Shown piece after piece: positions 52,642 through 64,000 of a stretch of 64,000 nucleotides of DNA. The position numbers were made by a program, and so were the translations under genes. The DNA is from Chlorokybus atmophyticus. Lineage: Eukaryota > Plantae > Mesostigma and Chlorokybus algae. Position 1 is the first letter of the stretch; each line of letters begins with the position of its first letter. Below the pieces are notes generated by a model that was not told the origin of the DNA, did no database searches, and saw nothing but the letters and a program-made list of their open reading frames with translations. The stretch covers positions 574,765 through 638,764 of the forward strand of contig RHPI01001507.1 in the NCBI GenBank assembly GCA_009103225.1, read 5' to 3'.

Positions 52642-53370
52642 TTGTTGTGACAATTGTGGTGGTGTAGTGAGATTTGTGTCAGTGTGATGACTCCACTACC
52701 ACCACAACAACAGCAGCTGCTACTTTTACTGCTTCCATTGTTGTTGTAGTTGTGGTTGTTTTGGTGGTGGTGGTGGTGGTGGTGAGTTGTATACTGACGA
52801 TTGTTATTGCTGTGTGCAGGGAGTGTTCTTTCAGAACTCGGAGAAGATCAAGACAGAGGACGGGATCACCTACTTGGGCTTCTCGATGGTTGGGGTATCG
52901 CTGCTTTGCACGCTCATACACTTTCCGCAGTGGGGCTCCATGTTCTTCCCACCCTCTACAAAGGCAAGTGACATATGTTTATGTGTGCTGGCATCTGTCT
53001 TGGTGCCATTGCCTGCTTGAGTGTGCAGAACACGCACGCATTCTGAAGCACATGACCCTGCACACATATATGCATACATACACCCACAGATGCAATTGCT
53101 AGCACATGTGCACGTGTGCACGCACTCTCGCGCACGCGCCCACACACATACACACAGACGCAGCCGGACGCGACGGAGGAGAACTATTATGCGAGCGACT
53201 TCACGAAGGAGGAGCGTGCGCAGAACCGTCACGCGTACGTGCTGCAGTTTGCGGAGAACTCACGCTCCGAGCGCGGCAGCGCTTACATGCGGCGCATACA
53301 CAAAGAATCCCCTGCTGTCCCCAACAACAACAACATATCCAATGGCATCGTCACTGTCGGCGAGGGCTAA
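49237..53370 (+). CDS. NRT2: High-affinity nitrate transporter NRT2, copy B (10 exons, 563 aa)
   Basis: Exons: 49237-49332, 49671-49760, 50581-50912, 51080-51410, 51642-51761, 51828-51995, 52079-52171, 52239-52349, 52820-52963, 53164-53370 (1692 nt). Intron positions and phases match copy A. The N gap 49797-50551 falls inside intron 2. Confidence 0.93.
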
Positions 53371-54789
53371 GGGTGAGCGTGTAAGGAGAGGGTGGTGATG
53401 TGGTCTTGTTGTGTTGGATGTTGGTATGTGCATTGCTGCAGTTTTGGCATCATTGAGAGCGGGAGATAGCCACAGGGAGAGTGAGATACGTTCTTGGAAT
53501 TGGGGGAGTTTTGGGTCCATTTGGATATTTGCCCCAAGAGACTAGGTTAAAAAGTTGTTAGTATTGGTTAGTGTGGACACATGCTGACAAGGGAGCCATT
53601 AAACTCTCCTCTAGTGTCATTGCTGAGAACAATTGTAATCGTTTACGAGCATATGTGAAAAAACAATTCAAAACTGACTTGTATGTGCGCGCATGCGCTT
53701 GCCGTGATGCAGACACTTGTTGCATCAGCAATCAGTTGTGAAAGTTCTACCGCAATCTCTATTAGTGCTGTGGTCGTCACACGAAGTCTTTGAGATGTGT
53801 GGTATGCATTTCTAGTCTTTTTGCTAGCCAATCGGATCATAAATCGCCTATTGAACATGGGGATCCGTGAATTGCCATAAGTACATCAAGGCATCATACC
53901 AAGCTAGAGATCAAAGTGCAAGTGTGCCAATAATTGTTCCACACAACCACACAAACCTCATACCACAAAGCATGCAAATTCTTGGGTGCCTTTGATATAT
54001 ATAAACCTTAACATTACAACCATGACTGGCTAACTACTATCCCTACTATACATGTATGATTACTTCATTACCGTTACTTGTATATACATACAGCAACCGA
54101 TAATGAACCGGTAACCGAGCAAGCCGAGCAGAGAACAAAGCAAAATCAACAAGTACATCACCCATGTTGACAAGAGAAACTGACAAACAGTAACCCAACC
54201 AAGTATCATCACAAAATAATATTGTAGTGTAGCAAAGTGGGTGGTTTAGGAAAAGGGTAAACGTGTGTGCAAGGTGTAACTGCACCTACATTTTGCCATT
54301 ATTGTGACCCCACCCAACCCGTCCTCCTCCTCACGATGGATTGCTTTTTACGATCTAAGATTGATGGGCTGCTGCGTGTAAATCTCTCTCATGCACATGC
54401 CGTTAAACACGCGCCAAAACGTCGAGCCGAGCCCCTCGCCGCACGCAAAGGCATGGTTCGCAACCTCCCTCGTAAACTGGTTGCGCTAGTGTACGGTTTG
54501 ATCAAGCGCTTGCTTGAAGAATACAGTAATTAACCTTGTTAGTAATTGTTGGGATTTGGAGTGGGAATGTGTGCTACACAACTGCACATGCACACATATC
54601 TGTTGCGAGCATTGAAACACACATGCTACATCTTCAGCATACACACACGCACAACAACTGCTTCGGAGCAAACACGCGCTACATTGTGCCTCCATCAACT
54701 TGATGGAGGCTGGAAACACACACAAACTCATGTGTATTTCAATTAGTACAGGGCAACATGTATGTCAAGCTCCCTAAGCCAATCAATCA

Positions 54790-57600
54790 TGCAACACCAC
54801 CTACACCTACGCACAATCCACTACCGCACCACGATGCACAGCGCCAACACGCTACGCCATGGCCGCCAGCGTAGCATCCGCCTCCGTCGTCACCAGTCCA
54901 CCGGGCACGGGCGCCCACCCTGGCATCGCCGCCGCCGCCGATGCCCCGCGCTCCATCATCGCCAGCGCCTGAGTCTGAGCCCGTTGCAAGGCGCACGCCA
55001 CCCGCTGCTTCATAATGCGCAGGAAGCCCTCCAACCTGCGAGGGTCAGCATCACGCACTACCAACATACGCCGCGCGCATAACCCCAGCACGCGCTGATA
55101 ATCTGCCCTCAACGCCCCGAGAGTCTTTGTTGCCAAGGGCCAAAACGTGTCGCCTTGCGCATGGTCACGGTACTTCCGCCTCTGGGCCTGCTCCGCCGCC
55201 CTTGCCGTCGCCCCTGAGCTGTCGGTGCGCGCAGTCACCGGCACGTCCAACGGCCAACGCGAATCACGCCCAGGCTCCGTCGTGACGAGGTTCAACAACC
55301 TGCCACGCGTCTCCCCTTGCCGAATCGGCATAAAGCCGACCTGCTCGCGACTTACCTCAACTCTAGCCTAGCGAAGGATGAGAAACATCTCGTCACGCAC
55401 CGCGTCATACGTCGCTGTGCGTAAACTGCCCACACCCACAACGCAGCAAGTGCGCTCCAACAAGCGCCAACGTGACGCCGCACTCGCAATGCGCCACCCT
55501 CTCCAGGAGCGGGTGCAACAAAACTAGCCTTGTCCGCACCGCCGTGCAATGCATTTCACTGGACTGTGTAGCCGCTATCAATGGCAAAGCCGTTAGCCAC
55601 GCGCCCGCTCTCGCTGCCGCTGCGGACTTGCGGCGTAACTTCTCGTCCACCGACGGTTCCCGCTTGTACGCCAACACCTCTGATGATTGCCGATGTTGGT
55701 GCTCAAGTCATGCTGCATTGTTCGCACCGCAGCCCACGTCAGCGCCGTAAACGCGAGAAGATCCGCGCGAGGCCGGCGGCAACAAGTCCACCGCACCATG
55801 TACGTCTTGCTGAAATGGCCACGTACCAGCCGCCATTGTATCAATGGCCGCCGCCACCGCGGCATCCATGGTTGCCAATCGCCCATGCCGCCTGTCAAGC
55901 GACGAAAGCCGCGGGGGCGTGCACTGCCAGTGACCTCAAACCCAACCCGCCGGTTGCCACCGGCAGTGCCACTTGTGTTGCCACGCGCGTCGGTCGCTTG
56001 TTCATCTCGGGTCACTTGGCGCCCACCCGCCGCCGCCGCCATAATGATTGCTGCAATATGGCTTCAAAGCCTGCCAACAAAGCGCGGACATCCACCAATG
56101 AGAGTATCGTACGCGTGAGGTATGCTGGCGGCGCCGCCACATATCGCGTCAGCAGTAACGTGGTCACCTGGATGTCCAACTTGGAGTGCTCACGTGGCAA
56201 TTCTCCTGGCTTTAAAAGTCGGGAGGACTGCTACGTGAGCACGTAAGGCGTCGGCATACCGACGCTGCACAAATGCCGTTGCCCTCAAACACCCAGCGCG
56301 ACAATACCATTATCGCATCGCCGCACAACCGATGGTAGTGGCGCTGACGGTGCCAAGTCACGCTCGCCGTACACCGCCGACTTGCGCGGATTGACTTGCA
56401 AGCCCACCGTAAACATCGCCTCCGTCAGAGCGGTCGCGTTCGCCACGTCTGCTGGTGCGCCAATAAAGAACGTGTCATCGGCATAGGCCAGCGTGCAAAT
56501 AACTGTATGATTGGGCAGCACACGTGCAATGGCCTTGGTATGCACTAGCGTGTACAACAAGCCCACTAGTGGATTGCTCTGTCGCGTGCCGGTCGCGGAT
56601 TCATCGGGTACCACCTGTTTACCACACACGTACAGCAGTGCCGACGGCTATTCGTAAGACAAACGCACGAACGAGATGTGTGCGCAAACGGTGATGCCTT
56701 CAATTCGTCAAATATGGCGGCGCGCTCAACCGTATCAAAGGCGTTCGCCACGTCCAAGCTAACCATGACGTGGTTTCTGGTGCACCTATAGCCATGCTCT
56801 CAAGTGGGCCACCATCTCCGCGCCAGCTGCTGTCGCCACGCCAATTTGCCATTGCTTACAAAACGCCGACGATGGTGTGTCTGTGCGATGAGGGTGCGCG
56901 CGACGAGGCGCCGTCAAACATCGTCAATGACAATCAACCGCACCTCCACCGCCGCCTCCGAGTGCTTATGAAGGGCCGACATTGTTGTCGGACAACGATG
57001 AGCGCGCAAGGAAGGCCGCCATCGTGGCCGGCACTATACCTGCTACCAACCGTACGCACGCCGTTGTCAGCACCTCGAGGGCCGGCGAGTGCGACGTGGC
57101 ATTTAAAAAAATCTCTTCAAAGCGCTCATAAATCCAAGCCAACGGTTCTCCAGCCGCCAGCCGCCGAGATGTCAGCAGCGAGTCCCTGAACACTGTTGGA
57201 TTTAAATTGATTGCAGCTGTTGGCGCAAAATCCGCCACCCACGCAGGGATGTCGATGGTCGGTGGGTCGCCAGATGCAGCCACCGCAGCTCCATTAAAGT
57301 CTCTTCCGTAGCCGGTGCTGGTGCGCTTGGGGTTAAGGTTGCTGCCGCTATGCTCAGCTGAGCCGCACGTGCCAACGCAATGGCACGATGCGCACATGTC
57401 TCCGCCGGAAACGGCCTGCCCACACAATGCGCCGCCAATGCGATCGCAGCCAATTGCTTCTCCAGCAGCTTGAACCACGCCTCCTCCTTCAATGTCGACA
57501 CCTGTCGCATAGTACAGCGATCAATTGATGGCCAGTGGCGCCCGGTTGTACGGCAAGCAAAAGCCGAGGTAGCAGCAGCAATTAATGCCAACCGACAGCG
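54790..57600 (-). mobile_element. Decayed non-LTR retrotransposon, CRE-like (RT plus C-terminal zinc finger/restriction-like endonuclease)
   Basis: Fragmented frames give VRLIVIDDV*RRLVART (decayed VRPIAxGE motif), QIGVATAAGAE, LDVANAFD, RQSNPL (RQGDPL), YADD (56485-56474), GLQVNPRKS, GAWLTALP, CECG...GAHLLRC, and KY...FWPLATKTLG. Many stops and frameshifts. Ends are approximate. Confidence 0.75.
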
Positions 57601-57704
57601 TCATCTTACGATATGACGATGTGCTGCAGTGCTAATAACGCGCAATGAGCCACGTCCACGCGTGCCCCGTACAAGACATGCTGCAGGTAGCGCGGGCTGA
57701 CAAG

Positions 57705-59355
57705 TGTTGGAGTTTAAGACCCAAATTTGCCGTCGCCAGACTCCAATCAGCTTAATCTGCTTAAGTACTCAGTAGTTTTGTACTTAGCGATATATTGGGG
57801 TATGGGACATGGCTCTGCCGCCTCTGGACTTCATTCAGCTTAGCGTGGCCAAGGTCTCATTAAGTTGTACTTAGCAGAGTCCAGATCCAAGTTCCCTGAT
57901 AGTTCTGACAATCATGGCAGTTTCGACCGTTTAGGGCTGTATTAACTAACTTTTATGACTGCTTGGTAGTTAGAACGGGTATGTGAGTATAAGGGGACAC
58001 CCGTACACGTTTCTAATGGTTCACTTTCACAAGTGCTTGCGTTTAGTGGCGGCAAAACCTGATTTTGGCGTGGCCTGATTGGTCGTTCTGCTTGCACAAA
58101 CTGTTTGAGGGTCTTGTGTTGTGTATTCACACCTAGATAGCTTGCGTCTCAACACATTATGGGCCCACATACGCTGGGTATTGAGCTGGTATAGGCATTT
58201 TGGCGGAGCATTTGCTTAAAAAGTAGTTGTTTCTGATACTGTGGAGGTCTATGCACCTACAATTGCAATTTCTGGCCTGGTTTGAGCTAGTTTTTAGCAA
58301 GAATTTTGCTATGTCGATCAGCTACGACATGGCGGTGATTGAGCCTCCTAGAGATGACAATTAACACACCTGAAGCAGCCGCATGAGGTGGTTGTTTGAG
58401 CACAAGAGCTTATGGGAGTTTGTGGACCCAAAGGAGGTAGACCCTCTACCCATAGGCCAGAGCGCTGTTTGGAAGCAGAACTGCAAGAAAGCACTTGCAC
58501 TCATTGCTTTGGATGTGAGGGAGTTTTACTTGGTCACTTTGGATGCTTGCTCCACTACTAGGGAGGCTTGGGAGAACTTATCTAATTTTTTCAAGGCCAA
58601 AAACAATGCCAGGCGTGTCTAGCTTAAGCGCGACCTGAATGCCTTGACAAAGGAGTCCAGTGAGCCAATTACCAAGTACATCGGACGAGCAAGAGAGCTT
58701 TGAGACTTATTCTGCATTGGTAGCGAGCTGAAGGAGTCTGAGGCGGTTCGGGCTATCATATCAGGTCTGCAATACGACTTTGACATTTTGATCACGGTGC
58801 TGGAAGGTTTTGACTCTGACCCCACGTTGGATGAGGTTATGCCAAAGTTGCTACAAGTTGAGCAGAGGCTTAAAATGAAGGATGAGGTTTTATATGCGGT
58901 GGCTTTTGCAGTTTTCAGATCTTGTGGTTCAAGTTACAGCACCAAACCCACGGCATAAGGAGGTGGTTCTTTCATCCACAGCAATTCTTCTCAGAAGAAG
59001 CAGGTTAGGCAGTGCGGGTATTGCAAGATGCTTGGTCATCTAGAGGAGAAGTGTTGGAAGAAGCATGGCAAGCCTGAGGGTGCTGGAAACAAGGAAAAAC
59101 CCATGGCTTTGACAGCTGGTGCTGATCAGAGCTGGTTTTAGACTCTGGTGCGAACCGCCATATGACCTATAACAAGTCTGCATCTGTCTCCTTCAAAACC
59201 CTGGTCAGACCCTTCAGTGTTGCATGCGCTGAGAAGGAAAGCGTGATGAACGCTATCGGCCGAGGGGATGTTATCCTTGATTGCCAAGTTGAGGGTTCAA
59301 CAAGGCAAGTGCAGCTCAAGGATGTTCTTCGTGTTCCAGAGCTTGCGGCACGTTT
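57705..59355 (+). mobile_element. 3'-truncated Ty1/copia retrotransposon (5' LTR, gag, protease), decayed
   Basis: LTR 57705-58154 (TGTTG...CAACA), then CATTATGGGCCCA resembling the copia half-tRNA-iMet PBS GGTTATGGGCCCA. gag-like LWEFVD...KALALI...EAWENL...SGLQYDF, knuckle CGYCKMLGHLEEKC (from 59013), protease DSGANRHM (59141) and VLRVPEL. No integrase, RT or second LTR is visible. Confidence 0.85.
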
Positions 59356-61089
59356 ATGTATTCAGTTAAAGATTTCGCGGCACTACGGTATATACGTATC
59401 AAATAATCAACATGCAGCCATAATTGGCCATGTATGCACTAGTGCTCAATATTTCATAGATTGGCATGCATGCATTGAAACCAACGGATGTGCTTTGGAC
59501 GACCAGTATTGTACTTGCGTAGATTTAACAGTTCAACGCCACTACTCGCCGCCTAGCCAATGAGAGGCAGGCGGGCCGCGCATACTGCCGCGCAGGAGCG
59601 GGATGTGTGATGTAGGTGACCTTGAATGCCGGCCGGCCAGCCGGCCCGACCAACAGCCGCACCACTAGCTTGGTTGAAATTATATCATATTTGCATCGTG
59701 TTATCGGCATAGCGGACTTGTAGCTTTATGAGTGCCATTCCGTTATGAGAGTGTTATCGGGGTATTGGTTTACAACTCAAGCCTTCGATCAACGCGGGAT
59801 ACTGAACAGTCTACTTTTATCCACCCACTGTGCAAGTGAGAAGACTGACACTGAGGGGCATTGGGCACTTTCCCCGCGCACCAGACGCAAGCAGCGACTA
59901 AACTGACACTCCCACGCAGTCACACGGTTTCCACCCCTGTCCCTACCTGCTGGGCGGCGCAGCCTGTATCACTTGCCTTGCTTCTGTTCTGGAGCTCCAT
60001 GCGCTGCGACCTGCCTGATCGACGGCGGTGTCTACCGGATACCGGACGGTGGACTTTGGCAACAACAAGATGATATACAGTCATTGACCGGTAGAGTACG
60101 TGGCGCGGTCCAACACGCCACGTTCTATACCGGTCACGCACGCCATGTATCCGGTCCAATTTCGGTTCAATGTACACGCAAGGGCAGAATGGCCGCGCGG
60201 TCGCAAGGCTTCGGAACCGCGACAAACATCAACCAGCATGACCAAATGAAGTCTCGCGGCTTGCGACCAATTGCATCCGCTTTCCTGCTGCCCCGCCAGA
60301 AAGTGTTCCTTGATATGTCTAAAGGCTGCTTGCACGCACGCACATGCGCGACTCGCGCAGAGACGCGACAGAGACTTCCTGTTCGCAAAATGTGAATTCT
60401 TCCACACATAACGGCACCATCCACCTGCATATGGACTCGACTGCAACGCAAGGCATTGAGGTGGAACTTGAACTTAAGTTCCACCTCAATGCCGTTCTAT
60501 CCCATTGCGGAGCTCGCGTTTTTCATGTGTGCCTGCTAGCTGCTGAAGTGTGAGCATACACGCTTTGTGCGAAGCGAGGCGGTGAGGCGGTGGCGTGGCT
60601 GTCCGCGGTACTGTGAGTGGCGTCAGCGTCGTCGTCGAGGTTGCGAGGAGAGTGCGTCTGGCAGGCGTAGCTTGCTTGGAGAGGAGAGCTGCGGCTGGTT
60701 GCTACAAATGCAAACGCAGCTGAGGCTTGACCTGCTCTCACCTCCTCTCCTCTGCTGCTGGTGCATGCTGTCTCCTGCGCCGCCGCCAGGCATGCGGCGG
60801 TAGAGTCGACCACCGCTGAGCTGTAGCTGTAGCTGCCAGCGAGCCAACGAGCGCCAGCTGGCTAAACTACTTGTGAGGTCAGTGGAAGACCTTGCACACT
60901 TAGCCAAGCCAGGCCAGGACAGTTATCGCCTGGCTTGGCCAGGCAGTGGCAGCTGTTTTGGCTGCTTGCAAGCGTGTCTAGGTGCTTTCACGTCAGTTGG
61001 CAACCAAGCAAGCACCTGTGCTAATTTCTTTGTCTACCTCTCTCTCTCGCTTTAGCATTGCCAGCTGGTCCGGTCGCTCCACACTTCGA

Positions 61090-63151
<2,062 letters not shown>

Positions 63152-64000
63152 GTGATGCTTAGGCAGTGGTCCATAAGGGAGGTTAGGTTGGTTTGTTGGT
63201 AGGTTGGTAGGTTGGTAGGTTGCCGTGTAGTAAGTGAGGTAGCGTCTCAGCGACGCACTCTCACATGTTAGGTGTCAAGCACTAGGTAGCAGTAAAGCGC
63301 AGGTGTAGGAATGGTAGGCTCATGTCGTGGCTCATTGATGCCTGCGGTTAGTATTACATCATATGCGGATATATTAATATCTAGTTTCAACTTGGGTTGC
63401 ACTGTGCTGTGCTGCACAGGTAAGCATGTCAGGTGAACTACTGCCTACCCTGCGACAGATTGGGTGGTGCACTTTGTTGCATGCTTTTCATGTGCGCGGG
63501 AAGCTTTGCCTGTAGCTGAGTTTCAGCACTGCATGCTGCCAAGCATATCTTACAAGTTCGGCCAGTGTCGCCTGCACATCGTGTGAGGCTGTCTGAGCTG
63601 CAATTATCATATATAATACTTGCAGCAACATTTATGTTGCTGATTCACTCAGCTGTGGTGCGTGTGCGCCCGTGTGCTGATAGCCAGTCAGCATGTTAGG
63701 CTTGTTTGCTGCAACTAGGATGCGTATGTGCGCACGCGCTTTTACCGCATTGCATATGTTCTACACACACATCACCGCACCAAGGTCTCTGATACTTAGA
63801 GACACCAAATACACGAAACTTATACACATTACAATCACCTGGCCAAACACTATCCCTACTATATATACAACCACTAAAATTATCAAGAAGCAAGAACGAT
63901 GCCATAGCATCCTAACCAAGTTAAGGACAACCTGTGAGTATCGACCCGCACGGACGTAAGAAAAGGGTCAGTCAGCATGCAACACACGTGTCATCCCCCC

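Overview
Eukaryotic, intron-rich genomic DNA from a green plant lineage. The land-plant-type NRT2 N-terminus and AcnA/IRP-type aconitase suggest a streptophyte alga (inference). Six spliced protein-coding genes can be rebuilt by hand: a secreted 2H-phosphoesterase (25345-26697, +), a 17-exon aconitase with a transit peptide and a second start codon (29177-34607, -), two NRT2 nitrate transporters (38724-42202, -; 49237-53370, +) and two signal-peptide-bearing heparan-sulfate-3-O-sulfotransferase-like PAPS sulfotransferases (44607-46467, -; 61090-63151, +). The paralog pairs are interleaved as N(-) S(-) N(+) S(+), an order that one inversion of two tandem arrays would explain. The rest is mostly mobile-element material: a solo LTR (2535-3500), a complete 507-bp TRIM (4832-5338), a full-length but inactivated Ty3/gypsy chromovirus with TSD (16578-22627), a small TA-flanked MITE, a decayed CRE-like non-LTR retrotransposon, a 3'-truncated Ty1/copia, and several microsatellites and hairpins. 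Three large N gaps are present (15120-15314, 26040-26406, 49797-50551). I found no rRNA, tRNA or CRISPR array. All coordinates and difference counts were read by eye; no database searches were run.
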